Assembly: GCA_030390025.1 (NCBI GenBank)
Contig: CM059432.1
Span: 106,394,001 to 106,458,000, forward strand
Origin: Squalus acanthias
Taxonomy: Eukaryota
DNA: 64,000 bases
Direction: 5' to 3'
Shown: positions 46,180-59,922 of the stretch, one piece after another
How positions within the stretch are numbered: the stretch's first letter is position 1
Layout: every line of letters starts with the position of its first letter
Translations under genes and position numbers: made by a program
Notes under the pieces: generated by a model
Told to the model about the DNA's origin: nothing
The model's input: only the letters and a program-made list of their open reading frames with translations
The model's database searches: none

Positions 46180-47680
46180 TTTTTTTTTTGTTTATGGGAT
46201 GTGGGCGTTGCTGGCAAGGCCAGCATTTATTGCCCATCCCTAATTGCCCTTGAGAAGGTGGTGGTGAGCCGCCTTCTTGAACCGTTGCAGTCCATGTGGT
46301 GAAGGTACTCCCACAGTGCTGTTAAGTAGGGAGTTACAGGATTTTGACCCAGTGACGATGAAGGATCGCCGATATACGTCTAAGTCAGGATGGTGTGTGA
46401 CTTGGAGGGGAACTTGGAGATGGTGGTGTTCCCATGCGCCTGCTGTCCTTGTCCTCCGAGGTGGAAGAGGTTGCAGGTTTAGGAGGTGCTGCCGAAGAAG
46501 CCTTGGTGAGTTGCTGCAGTGCATCTTGTAGATGGTACACACTGCAGCCATGGTACGCCGATGGTGGAGGGAGTGAATGTTAAGGTGGTGGATGGGGTGC
46601 CAATCAAGTGGGCTGCTTTGTCCTGGATGGTGTCGAGCTTCTTGAGTGTTGTTGGAGCTGCACTCATCCAGGCAAGTGGAGAGTATTCCATCACACTCCT
46701 TACTTGTGCCTTGTAGATGGTGGAAAGGCTTTGGGGAGTCAAGAGGTGAGACACTCGCTGCAGAATACCTAGCCTCTGACCTGCTCTTGTTGCCACAGTA
46801 TTTATATGGCTGGTCCAGTTAAGTTTCTGGTCAATGGTGACCCCAGGATGTTGATGGTGGGGGATTCGGCGATGGTAATGCCGTTGAATGTCATGGGGAA
46901 GTGGTTAGACTCTCGCTTGTTGGAGATGGTCATTGCCTGGCACTTAAGTGGCAGGTAACATTCGCGCCACAGATCAGCTCAAGCCTGAATGTCGTCCAGG
47001 TCTTGTTGCATGCGGGCATGGACTGCTTCATTATCTGAGGAGTTGTGAATGGCGCTGAACACAGTGCAGTCATCAGCGAACATCCCATTTCTGATCTTAT
47101 GTTGGAGGGAAGGTCATTGATGAAGCAGCTGAAGATGGTTGGGCCTTGGACACTGCCCTGAGGAACTCCTGCAGCGATGTCCTGGGGCTGTGATGATTGA
47201 CCTTCAACCATCTTCCTTTGTGCTAGGTATGACTCCAGCCGGTGGAGCATTTCCCCCCCCGATTCCCATTGACTTCAGTTTTACTCGGGCTCCTTGATGC
47301 CATACGCGGTCAAATGCTGCCTTGATGTCAAGGGCAGTCATTCTCACCTCACCTCTGGAATTCAGCTCCTTTTGTCCATGTTTGGACCAAGGCTGTAATG
47401 AGGTCGGGAGCAGAGTGGTCTTGGCGGAACCCAAACTGGGCATCAGTGAGCAGGTTTTTGATGAGTAAGTGCCGCTTGATAGCGCTGTCAATGACACCTT
47501 CCATCACTTTGCTGATGATTGAGAGTAAACTGATGGGGCGGTAATTGGCCGGGTTGGATTTGTCCTGGTTTTTGTGGACAGGACATACCTGGGCAGTTTT
47601 CCCCATTGTCGGATAGATGCCAGTGTTGTAGCTGTACTGGAACAGCTAGGCTAGCGGCGCGGCCAGTTCTGGAGCACAGA
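46180..47680 (-). mobile_element. 3' half of the Zenon-like LINE
   Basis: NYRPISLLS, QFGFR, GVPQGSV and FKKAAHHHLLKGN. Poly-T at 46180-46189. Confidence 0.9.
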
Positions 47681-48263
47681 GTTGGGCTATTTGGCTAACT
47701 ACTACCCAGCAAGTGCCCGTGAAACTCTTACGTCTGGTAAAAGCAGTCGTAATGGCCGCCTTTTACCAGCGTAAGGGTGAAAATAAATGTTAAAATAAGA
47801 TTTTAAAAATCATTTTAACATTCGAAAAACCTGTGAAATAAGTTTGTTATTTTTGGCCCCTTAAAAAATTTTTTACATTTATTTTTCAAAAAATTTAAAT
47901 TTTGTTTTAAATGTTTAATGAAATTGTATTTTAATTTTTAAACGCAATGATTTTTTATTTCAAGGTTGCGTACAAGTATTGTTTTTGTGATTCCTATTAA
48001 GCTTATGGGGATTCCGTATGTAAATGGAATCCCTAAAGCATAATGGAAATCCCTTTTCTGATTGGTTGGGCCAGCCCATGTGATCCCTGGGGCGCTTGCG
48101 AATCGCCTGCACCCCTGGGATACGTGGGCTTCTACGCAGGCCTACGCCTAGAGGCCCAGGGGCGCTAGTTTTCGTGGATCCAGGACCATCAGGTAGGTGC
48201 GTAGATTTATTGAAGTTTGGAGGCATTCGTCCGCGGGAAGCCTCTGACCGCAAATTCAGGCCC
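47681..48263. mobile_element. Probable Harbinger-type MITE remnant
   Basis: CpG-rich ends and AT-rich core. Right end GCAAATTCAGGCCC resembles the other TIRs, but the left TIR is not seen. Confidence 0.45.
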
Positions 48264-48769
48264 AAAGTACATATGCTTTTAAAAAAAAATTGTGATAAAA
48301 TGTACTTGAAAGTAACAGCACGTGTCAGGATTCTGTTTTCTATTTACGTTGAGAAGCAGTGCAAGTTATATAAAAAATGTAAACTGGTGGAAAGTAACCC
48401 AGATATTGGCCAGGGGATTCTCAGTCCGTTAAGATAGCACGGTCCCGCTTTGCTTTGCCCTCCACCTTAGCATCTCGTCTTTCAGGTTACGCTGGCCATC
48501 GTGTATAGCGTGCAAATTGCGTACGTGCAAATGCGCCCTCTAAGTGTGGGGACTATACCAACTTTGTGTTGAGGCACGAAACCGATGCTCAGTCCACCAT
48601 AAACAATCCCACAGTGGTATTTTATTAAGAAAAGGGAGTTCTCCGATTGTCCTGGTTAACATTCTCCCTTCAACAACACTACTAAAACTGGTCATTCACC
48701 TCATTTGATGAATTGCAAACTAGCTGCTGCATTTGTCTACATTACTGTGACCACTCTTCAATTTCTACT

Positions 48770-50345
48770 CTTCAGTATTTACCAGGGAGACGAACAAGAT
48801 GGACATGACATTAGAAGAAGAGATCAAAAAAGATATCAAGACATTTAAGATAGACAGGGAGGAGACAATTGATAAACTAATCAAACTCAGGGACGATTAA
48901 ACCCCTGGCCCAGATGGACTGCATTCGCACATTTTGAAAGTTAGGGAGAAGATAGCAGAGGCACTGTTACATATATAATTCATTAGAAAAGCAAATAGTG
49001 CCAGAGGACTAGCGGACAGCTAATGTGATTCCTATATTTCATAAGTGAGATAGAACAAGTCCAGGGAACTATTAGCTTAATGTCGGTGGTAGGAAAGATA
49101 ATGGAATCTTTACTCAATGATGTAATAGAAAAACAGCTACAAACCGAAAATATAATAAATGGTAGTCCGCACTGATTTCAAGTGACCAACCTTATTGAAT
49201 TCTTTGAATAAGTAACAAAGAGTAGACAAGGGTAATACAGTCGATGTAATATATTTGAATTTTGAAAAGATCTTTGATAAGGTACTGCATAGTAGATTCA
49301 TGACATGTAGCAGAATGGATAGCAAGCTGGCTACAAAACAGAAAACTGAGAGTAGGTTAAGGGTAACTACTCAGATTGGCAAAAGGTGGGAAGTGGTGTT
49401 CCACAAGGATCAGCACTGGGACCACTGTTGTTTACAATTTACATTCATGATTTGGACTGGAAAAAGAAGTACAATTTTTAAATTTGTGGACGACACCAAA
49501 TTGGAAGGTGTAGTACAAGGGAAGAATATGACAAAATTTAGGAACTATTAGTAAGCTTTCAGAATGGGTGTAATTGGCAAATTAATTTCAACATGGATAA
49601 GTATGTGTTAGTGCATTTTGGTAGGAAGAATAAGACCAGATACTGCTTGGATAATAGTCTAAATGGGGTAGAGGAGTAAAGGGATGCAGGGGTACAGACA
49701 CACAAATCACTAAAAGTAGTGACGCAGGTTAATAAGGCCATAATAAAAGAAAACTAACCACTGGGTTTTATTTCTATAGGGATAGAATTGAAAAGAAGAG
49801 AAGTTATTGAACCATGGTTAGAGCACACTTGGAGTACAGTTCTGTGCACAGTGCACATATATTCTAAGAAGGATATAGAGGCATTGGAGAAGGTGCAAAC
49901 ATTCACAAGGCTGATACCAGAACTGAGGGGATATAACTATCAGGAAAGACTGAACAGGCTGGGGTTCTTTTCTCTGGAAAAGAGAAGGCTGAGTGGTAAC
50001 CTGATAGAGGTCTTTAAGATTATGAATGGGTATGACAGGCTAGACATAGAGAAAATGTTTCCACATGTGGGGGAGTCCAAAACTCGGTCACAAATAGGGA
50101 ATTCAGGAGAAACTTCTTTACACAAGGAGTGCTAAGAATGCGGAACGCATTACCACGAGGAGGAGTAGTTCAGGCAAATAGCATAGATGCATTTAAGGGG
50201 AAGCTAGATAAGCACGTGAGAGAAAGGAATAGGATATGCTGATGGGGTTAGATGAAGTAGGGTGGGAGGAGGCTCGTGTGGAGCATAAACGCCGGCACAG
50301 ACCAGTTGGACAGAATGGCCTGTTTCTGTGCTGTACGCTTGCTGT
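48770..50345 (+). mobile_element. Degenerate CR1 ORF2 3' half
   Basis: KFVDDTKL, KDIEALEKVQ, EKRRLSGNLIEVFK and CR1 tail. Confidence 0.88.
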
Positions 50346-51224
50346 AAAAATTAATTAATTGCATGTGCAGTGCAAAGGGTGTCCTAATGATGTGCTAAGG
50401 CTCTATGTAAATGCAAGTTTGTTCTTGTGTCCAAACGCTCTCTGAAGATTGGAGGTCAAACTGAAACATTCCTGGTTTGTATGGCTCTGCATCACACCAA
50501 ATGGTAGATATACCCAATGAGTCATTTGGGAAGTGGTCTAAATGAATATCAGTAATGCATTAGAATGCAATCTGATATGACAACTCTTGCAATCATGATT
50601 AGAAGTGCTAGCACTCCTTTTGGATGGCTATTTTCAGCTCTGACTGGGATGTAGCCTGATGCCAGTTAACAGCATAGATTTCATCTATATGTGGTATAGC
50701 TGAAAAATCTTCATTCCCTCAAAGAGGGAATACGCTGGATATTTGATAGAATTTTTGGTGGTGAGACCTGTCTGCTTGTTTTCTTTTTAAAAGAAATGTG
50801 GGAATCAATCATAAGTCAACCCACTGATCACAAGTACACATGCTCTTCTTCTGCTTACAGTAGATTTAAAAAAAAACACTGCATAATACAATGGCTTGAC
50901 CTTTGATTTAGAGCTTGAATAATCAGCTGAGCCACAGGAACTTAAATGAGTAAGTCCTCTGTTATAATCTGCCCCTAATTACAATGTGGGCTGTGGCTGA
51001 TTGTGTATTTTCCTTTGTCTTAAAATTCTGCTGTAATATTTGAGGGTTCGGTGCACAGTATACAAATTCAATAAGCAGATATTTTGTTAGTGATTTTTGA
51101 ATGGCACACCCTAAATAAGTATTGAGCATCTTGTTAACAATGTAACCCATCTGCTTATTGAGATTACTTCAATGTGCATTAGATACAGGCAGGGCAAAAA
51201 GAATATAATTTTTGCTCTTTTCCC

Positions 51225-51345
51225 CAATAGCTCAGTGAATAGCTGTACTACGTGGTGTAGCATTGAGCCATATAGACCAGGAAGATTCCAGGTTCAATGT
51301 ACAGCCTGTGCTGTGTTGCCTGATTTCTATCCAAAGGTCCACCTG
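51225..51345 (+). mobile_element. Ancient tRNA-headed SINE remnant (LF-SINE-like)
   Basis: TAGCTCAGTG..TGAGCCATATAGACCAGGAAGATTCCAGGTTCAA..CTGTGCTG. Family assignment is from memory only. Confidence 0.45.
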
Positions 51346-51893
51346 CACAGCACTTTGGGATGTTATATTGCATATAATTCCCACATGGTCGACACTGCTG
51401 TTGTAAGTAGTCTGATCAGCCCTTTTCATGCAACGTTAGCGACCCAAGTTTTTGTCAAATTTATCTCAAGGATCCAAGCACTCTGCAAGATATCAGAAGC
51501 AGACCTTAAAAAGGGAGAGCAACAGTTTAGTCCATTAGCAATACTGCATACTTCCATTTCCACTCTTGCCTCATCCCCACTGTAGCTGAAACCTCCATCT
51601 ATGTCTTCATCGTTTCCAGACTCAAAGGCCTATTCGTTGGCGTCCCAAACATTCTCCGACACAACTCCCAAGTTATCCAGAATAGTTCATAGTGGTACAG
51701 CTCAAGATATAAATAAAATTGAGCCACTAATTTTGTTAATTGTGGCAATTAATATAGTTAGTAAATTCAGTTAGTAAATTCGATCATAATTATTCAATTA
51801 ATAACTACGTTATTAAACTGAGTCAGTGATCTAATTAAAACCTCATCAGTACTGCATCGTGAAAATAGCCACACATTGAGTTATAGAATCATA

Positions 51894-52685
51894 GGCCTAG
51901 AAATTCGATGCTGTAACGCCGGCCGTTAAGGCTGGTTTTGTAGAAAAAATGGCAGCCACCTTGCTTCTGCCCACTTCTGGTGCTGACCTCTGAAATTTAA
52001 ATAAGCAGACTGTGACGTAAATCGGCGTGTAACGCCTGATTTGAGAGCACGAATGTTAATTTGGATGTTCTCACTCTCCATAAAGCTGTTTCCTGAATAC
52101 GCACAGAAGAGCGTGCGTGAAGCAGCCCTGCAGAGACGCTGTCAGTGCTCCTTAAAGGGCCACAGATATCTTTCAGGTAAGTTTGTATTTCAGCTTTTGG
52201 ACTGTTTCTTTATATTAAATTGAAGGAGTGGCTTGGTGCAATAGTTAAAAAAAAAAGTTGTTAGTGTGCAGGGAGTGCTGCTAGACGCTTGCAAGGCTTC
52301 AGATGGTAAATGAAGGCCTCTGAGAAGACAGAAAATGCTGGAAACATGCAGCAGGTCAGGCAGCATCCGTGGAGAAAGAGTTTGCGTCTCAGGTCAAGAT
52401 GCTGCCTGACCTGCTGAGTATTTCCAGCATTTTCTGCTTTTATTTCAGATTTCCAGCATCCGCAGTATTTGTCCTCTGAGAAGACCATTTGCTCACAGTC
52501 CTGGGAGCCACATGGAGAGGAAGTAGATGCAGCAAAGGGGACATGTTGGTCGTAGAGGGAAGAGCAGGAAGCGGAAGGAGGATGAAACCCAGACAGCCCC
52601 TTTCTGGCCAGGATATCCAGGATGAAATCACCCGCCTGCAGTACCAGTGACCACAACCCCAATTCCCCTTGCAACATTTGTCGCC
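51894..52685. mobile_element. Second, inverted and truncated copy of the 43974-45809 Harbinger derivative with the same Penelope insert (52330-52472)
   Basis: Starts GGCCTAGAAATT. 52160-52345 and 52551-52682 match the reverse complement of 45530-45710 and 45288-45403. TSD CCTCTGAGAAGAC at 52317-52329 and 52473-52485. Confidence 0.8.
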
Positions 52686-52711
52686 GTCTCCCCCCTCCTG
52701 CCCCGCTCGCG

Positions 52712-52713
<2 letters not shown>

Positions 52714-52760
<47 letters not shown>

Positions 52761-52800
52761 CCTCGCCTTCTCTCCCCCCCCCCCCCCCCCCCCTCTCTCC
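52714..52800. repeat. (CT)n microsatellite plus poly-C
   Basis: Direct observation. Confidence 0.95.
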
Positions 52801-55800
52801 CCAGTTAGCCAAAATACAACATCCTTGCACTAGATGTGAACTGAGAGTGCTTTCTCCTCACTCTTCACCCGATGATCAGATGAGAACTATCTTGAGACTG
52901 CTGGGAGCAAAAAATACTTCCTTTGTTCTGGCTTCCATTTCATCTGTTTTGGGGAGTGGTTAAAATAGAATACTCCCCATCTAATTGGAAAATGTCTTGT
53001 CCCTTCCATTAGCGAAGAAGAATTTTACTCTTGCAGGGTTAAGTGTTTCACAGTTGCAGTATCTCTTAAGTGGCATCTGTTGAAAAATCTATGAAGTACA
53101 CCAGAAACTCGACGTGCTTCTGTTAATGTATCTACTGAAATACATCAATGTTGTGGAGTATCTCTGGGGAGTGTAACACTGGACCAGATATTATCCATTT
53201 AAAAAAAAAGTAACCTTGCCCTCTCTGGTCCAAAAGTGTAATGGAAGCATGGAACAATCTCATTGAAAACTGATCTTTGCAGGAAGGTTTATTACAGATT
53301 TTAACAGCTGTACAATCAATAATCAACGCAAACTGCATCAACCAGTTAATGTGAAGTAGACATTGTATTGTGAGGGGAATGTTCTCAATGTGTCTTCCTG
53401 TGTTGCACTCAACTGCCCCTCATATGTAGTGTATAAAATATGCCAATCACAAGTAATAATCTTAGTTGGTGAATTTTTACCATACTTTAAAGCACATTGT
53501 AACATCACATACTAATCAGCATCTAATTTCTCAAACTAGCTGCTCTCCTTTTTATAGAAAGCACTTAGTGTCTTATGTCAGACTTGTAGGGCAGCAATAC
53601 ACAAACACTTTTGACTTTCCAAGGAGTGAAATGAGTTGGAAGTTGTCAGCAAGTCAGAATTGTGATGCTCAAAAACTAGTTGGAGAGCCTTAGTGCAAGT
53701 TCAGCACACACAAGCAGCTCAAACTCTGCATTCTCATTCCTACATTTGTCATTTAACAGCAATAAAAGGTATGCACATATCTTTTACAAATATACCTTGT
53801 AGTATGGTAATGATCTATACATCCAGGGAGGTTCAATAGTAGTGGGGCGGGGGTGAGGGGAGAGAAAACGCCTCTCTCTCTCGCTCTCTCTCTTTCCCCC
53901 CCCCCCCCCCCCCTTCCCTACAATATATTACTGTTAAATCCATCACTGTTTAATTTTTAAAAATTGGTGAAAAGGCACCTATTGTATGTAGAAGGCTTAA
54001 ATACAGGTTATTTACTGGTAATTCATTCATTAGTTGCTTCATATATATTTCAGTAAATTACTATGTAGCCCATTCATTTTGTAGCGAAAGTGGGGTGGGA
54101 GGGGGTGCGGGCGAATAATATAAACTAGGTCTTTTTTCCTGACCACAACCCCCACTTTCCTTTCCTGGAGGTGGTAACTCAGTGCTGCCAGCATGTTGGT
54201 ACCTCCCTACTGTATGCTGCCGGTAGCTCTGCGATTGGTTAACTCGGCATTGAACGTGGAGCTTCCTGGTTTATATGAATCATTGCAGTATTACACTACA
54301 TAGTGTGTTTATTGAAGATTTGTACATAATATTACACTGCAAAAGTACAAGTTTAAAAAAAAAATTGTACAAATAGGATTGGTTTTATGCACTGTCCTTT
54401 CATCCAACCCAGATTAATAGGATAAAAGCCTGTCTCTCCTCTCTTCCCCTCAGCTCCTTTAAAGCGATGTGAAAAAAGTTTAGGCGATTATTTAATTACT
54501 TCCTAATGGGTACAGAATTACAGCATGTAACTGCCTGCAAGTTGGCAATTTCAGAGAGCCCATAAAATGACTTGTGCAAAATAAAAATAAAAAGTTCAGA
54601 CCAGTAAATTTGAGAGTTTGAATCTCAGGTTGGAGTTAAAATCAGTTGTTTGGCTGGAGTGTAGTTTTATTCTGCATCTGGTTGTGCAATACCTGATTGG
54701 CTTGTGTTTTTTGACATTGGATGCCCAGGTGTGATAGTGTTCCATTCCTGCTCCGATATCTCTCCATCTCAGGAGAAGATTTCATTAAAAAAAAATACTG
54801 TTAAGATTATTGTAGTTCTTTGGGAGGAGAGAATAACCAGGGATTAGGTTAGAATATAATTTAAATCAGAAAATCTATTAAAATGTCAGTAATCCAGAAA
54901 AAATATCAAATGTTAACTGCTCCAAATTTTTTTTTTAATAGTTCTCTTAAAGATAGCAGCTCATGTGCATTTTTTTTTTGCTAACCAGATTTATTATGAA
55001 ATATGTACAAGGGAACTTTCCTGATCAGTGTGTTTCCAGCCCAACAAGGAAGGAAGCCGTGCTTGATATAGTCCTGGGGAACGAAGTGGAACATGTTTCA
55101 GTGGGGAAGCATTTGGGGATCAGTGATCATAATATCAGGTTTAGAAGAGTTATGGAAAAGGACAAGGAACAACCAAACATAAAAATGCTTTACTGGAGGA
55201 GGGCTAATTTTAATGAGTTAAAGAGAGATCTGGCCCAGGTGGATTGGAATCAAAAATTGGTAGGCAAAACAGTAATTGAACAATGGGAGATAGTTCAGCA
55301 ACAGAGTAGACACATTCCAATGAGGGGAAAAGGAAGGGTAGCCAAAGATAGAGTTCCCTGGATGACTAAAGAGATAAAGAATAAAATGAAACAGAAAAAG
55401 GAGGCTTTTGATAGATGTAAGGTTGATAATACAGTAGAAAACCAAGCTGAATATAGAAAGTACAGAGGAGATCGTAATAAAAAGGGAATAAGAGTGGCAA
55501 AGAAAGAGTTTGAGAATAGATTAGCGACCAACATAAAAGGAAACCCTAAAGTCTCTCATGAACATATAAATAGAAGGGTTGGGTCGATTCGGGACCACTA
55601 GGGGACCTTGTGGAGGCAGTGGGCATGGCTGAGGAATTAAATGAGTATATTGCATCTCTTCACGAGAGAAGAGGATGCTGCCAATGCAACAGTAAGGGAG
55701 GAGGTAGCATCGATATTGGATCGGATAAAAATAGATAGAGGTAGTAATTAATAGGTTGGCAGTCCTCCAAAGTAGAAAAGTCACCCAGTCCGGATGGGAT

Positions 55801-56524
55801 GCATCCTAGGTTACTGAAGGAAGTAAGGGTGGAAATTGCGGAGACTTTGGCCACAATCTTCCAATCCTCCTTGGATATGGGAGTGGTGCCAGAGGATTGC
55901 AAATGTTACACACCTAATCAAAAAAGGGGAGAGGGATAAGCCCGGCAGTTACATGCCAGTCAGCCTAACATCGGTGGTGGGGAAACTTTGAGACAATAAA
56001 CCAGGGGAAAACTAATTGGCACTTGGAAAAGTATAGGCTAACAAATGAAAGTCAGCACAGATTTGTTAAAGTTAAATGGTGTTTGACTAACTTGATCGAG
56101 TTCTTAAATAAACTAATGGAGAGGGTTAACGAGGGTGGTGTGATTGATGTGTATATGGACTTTCAGAAGGCGTTTGACAAAGCACCACATAATAGACTTG
56201 TTATCAAAATTGAAGCCCATGGGATTAAAGTGTCAGTGGCTGCGTGGATTCAAAATTGACTAGGGAACAGAAAGCAGAGAGTAGTGATGAACGCTTGTTT
56301 TTCAGAGTAGAGGGAAGTATACAGGGGTTGGTATTCGGACCAGTGCTCTCTTGATGTATATTAATGACCTGGACTTGGGTATATAGAGCATCATTTGAAA
56401 GTTTGTAGATGTCAAAACTCAAATGTAAACAATGAGAAGTGTGAAGTGATACATTTTGGCAGGAAGAACGAGGAGAGGCAATATAAACTAAATGTTGCAA
56501 TTTTAAAGGAGGTGCAGGAATAGA

Positions 56525-58260
56525 GGGCTGAATTTTGCCGGCGCTCAGAGGGCGGGTTTGGATTGACGGATTGACAGCGGGGCAGTATCCCGCTCTGAAC
56601 CCTCCTCGTGAGTTTCCCTAGTGCCGGCTCTGCCTGCGTGTTGCACACCCGGCACCAAGTGGCGGGTCAGGCAATTCTGATCGTTAGCAGGGTAGTTAAA
56701 GCAATTGAATCAACATTTTACCACGTCCAAAGCATTTTCCCAAGTTTTCCACAAGGTTCCCGTCGCTCGGGGATCACACTAGGTAAGTATGTTGGGTTCT
56801 GAACAACTCTCCATTTGTTTCATTAGGTCACAGCTGCAAAGGGGGTATAAAAGCTACCATTTTATAGCTGGTCACTTTCCAATCTCAGAAGCTTCAGCCT
56901 TCAGTATTTGGAACCAGGCTTTTAAGCTTTATGCACTTTTGAAGTGTTTGGGAGTAAACTTTCTAGCCAGTGTCTCCTCCTTGGAACAACCTATCTCAAC
57001 ATTGACATTACTTCTGTCATCTCAACCTCACCTACCATCTACTCCATCAGCATCAGTGCCCTTGGAAAAAATCTCACCTTGGTCCTCGGAATCCCAACAC
57101 GATCAGCCCCAACACCAGCATCCACACCAACCTTCTCCGCAATCAACTGATGTTGCACTGCACACAGGGCATCAGCACCCGACCACATTGCTGCCCGGGA
57201 TGCCAGCGATGGCCTCACCATGTCCAGATTAGCTTCACTTAACACTGTGCACCCTGGCTGCCACATGATGCACCAGGTTGGCACCACCCCACACCATCAC
57301 CATAAAGCATCCCTACAATGTCCAAGCCATTCCTGCACTCATCACCATTGAGGGGGGGAGACGTTATGTCTCACCATTCACTGCAACTCACTAACACACT
57401 TTCAAAGGTGCACACAAATCTGTCCAAGAACGCAAAGTGTTGAAAATAAAGATTTCAGTGTTTAACAGCAAATTACCAGAAACTCTACATGAACATTGGC
57501 TAAAACATCCAAGCGCCTACCCTTGTGTGCTGTTAGTTGGTATGCTTGCAGTAGGATGAGGGAGAGTGTGAGGGGTGGCGAGTGAGATGGGGAAGTGATC
57601 ATGTAAATAGAGAGGGATGGGTGGAGGTGCAAGCTAAGTTGGTGTGAGTGAAGATCTGCAGGAGTAGGGTAGGGAAGGCAGCGTGATGGGGATATAATGA
57701 GTGGCACAGCAGGATGTGGCTGAGTGTGGCATTGCTGTAAGTTTCGTGATCTACTGAGATCATTGAAAGGTTTGCGCCACTGCAGCCTGGTCCTCCTGAT
57801 GACATTCCTGCTTGTGTCCTCCTGTGCAATGTGCAACCAGGCTGTGTTGGTGTCCTGGGGAGGTGTATTCTGCCCATTGGAAGGGAAAAGAACCTCCCTG
57901 TGTGCTGTGACTCTCTCCATAAGCATATGGAGAGAGTCATGCGAGAGCCTGGGTGCAGCCGTCCACCTTTGTGCAGTGCTTGTCAGTGTTTGCAGCACCT
58001 CAATGCTGTAGAACACTGACAGCACAACTGTCAAAATCAATTTGGACACGGCCCCTTTCAGGAAACCAGCTGATGACGTGTCATCAAATGACTTCATCAG
58101 ACCCGCTTCCTATTAATTGGCCGGGAACCTCGCAGGGGGGCCTAACAAGCCCCATCATCGGAATATCTTGTTGGCGGCCAGGATTGACACAGATGCGAGG
58201 TCCCCACACGCCACCGATGTCGCCCGCCCTGGACCCGCCGAGGTTGGAAAATTCCAGCCC
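56525..58260. mobile_element. Internally deleted Harbinger retaining a Myb exon-1 remnant
   Basis: TIRs GGGCTGAATTTTGCC / GGAAAATTCCAGCCC and TSD AGA/AGA. Minus strand PRLSHDSL..AWLHIAQ..QWRKPFNDL. Confidence 0.87.
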
Positions 58261-58552
58261 AGAGACTCGAGGGGTGTATGTCCATAAATCTTTGAAGGTG
58301 TCAGGACAAGTTGAGAAGGCTGTTAAGAAGGCATACGGGATCCTTGGCTTTATAAATAGAGGCAAAGCAAGGAAGTTACGCTAAACATTCATAAAGCCGG
58401 AGTATTGTGTTCAATTCTGGGCATCAGGAAGGATGTCAAGGCCTTAAAGAGGGTGCAGAAGAGATTTACTAGAATGGTACCAGAGATGAGAGACTTCAGT
58501 TATATGGAGAGATGGGAGTAGCTGGGGTTGTTCTCCTTCGAGCAGAGGAGGA

Positions 58553-59922
58553 TACATAAAATTACCTAGACTATACGGCACAGAAACAGGCCCTTCGGCC
58601 GAACCAGTTCATGTCGGCGTTTATGCTCCACTCGAGCCTCCTCCCATCCTTCCTCATCTAACTCTATCAGCATTACCCTCTGTTCCCTTCTCCCACGTGC
58701 TTATCCAGCTTGCCCTTGAATGCATCTATACTATTCGCCTCAACTACTCCCTGTGGTAGCAAGTTCCACATTCTCACCACTCTCTGGGTAAAGAAGTTTC
58801 TTCAGAAGTCCCTATTTGATTTCTTGGTGTCTATCTTCTATTGATGGCCTCTAGTTATGCTCTTCCCCACAAGTGGAAACATTCTCTCTCTATCCACTCT
58901 ATTAGAATCTTCCACAATTTTCAAGACCTCTATTAGGTCACCCCTCAGCAGTCTCTTTTTTTCAAGAGGAAAGAGACCCAGCCTGTTCATCCTTCCCTGA
59001 TAGGTACAATCTCGCAGTTCTGGCATTATCCTTGTAAATCTTTCTTGCACCCTCTCCAGTGCCTCTATATCCTTTTTATAATATGGTGACCAGAACAGTG
59101 CACGGTACTCCCAGGTGTGGTCTAACCAAGGTTCGATACAAGTTCAGCATAACTTCCCTACCTTTCAATTCTACCCCTCGAGAAATAAACCCTAGTGCTT
59201 GGTTTGCTTTTGTTATGGCCGTATTGACCTGCGTTGCAACTTTTAGTGATTTGTGTATTTGTACTCCCTGATCCCTTTGTTCCTCTACTCCATTTAGATT
59301 CTTCTTTTCCAAGTAATACGCGCCCTCATTTTTCTTACCAAAATGTAATACCTCACACTTGTCTATGTTGAAATTCATTTGCCAATTATATGCCAATTCT
59401 GCAAGTTTATTAATGTCTTGTAATTTGTTGCAGTCCTCCTCAGTGTTGACCATCCTCCCAATTTGGTGTTGTCTGCAAATTTAGAAATTGTGTTTTTGAT
59501 TCCAAAGTCTAAATTGTTAATATAAATTGTGAACAGCAGTGGTCCCAGTACTGATCCTTGTGGAACACCACCACCCATCTTCTGCCACTGTGAATAACTA
59601 CCCTTTACCCCTACTCTCTGCTACTTGTTCCCTGATTCTGCATGCGCTGACCTTATTCATTAGTCTATTATATGGTACCTTATTGCATCTACTGCATTAC
59701 CCTTGTCTACGCTTTCTGTTACATCATCAAGAAATTGAATGAGGTTGATCAAGGAAGATTCTCCCTTTTAAAATCCATGTTGACTATTCAATGTTGTATT
59801 TTTGGTTTCTAGATGTTTTTCTATTTTCTCCTTTTTAGTAGGGATTCGATTATTTTTCCTACTACAGATGTTAAGCTGACTGGTCTATAGTTCCCTGGAC
59901 ATGTTCTATCTCCCTTCTTAAA
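58553..59922 (-). mobile_element. 5'-truncated CR1 nested antisense in a CR1
   Basis: [27 protein letters not shown]. Same subfamily as 4055-6180 and 24601-31692. Confidence 0.9.

Noticed and set aside
52261..52963. RE/SL dipeptide-repeat ORFs
   Set aside because: Translation of the (CT)n microsatellite and poly-C.
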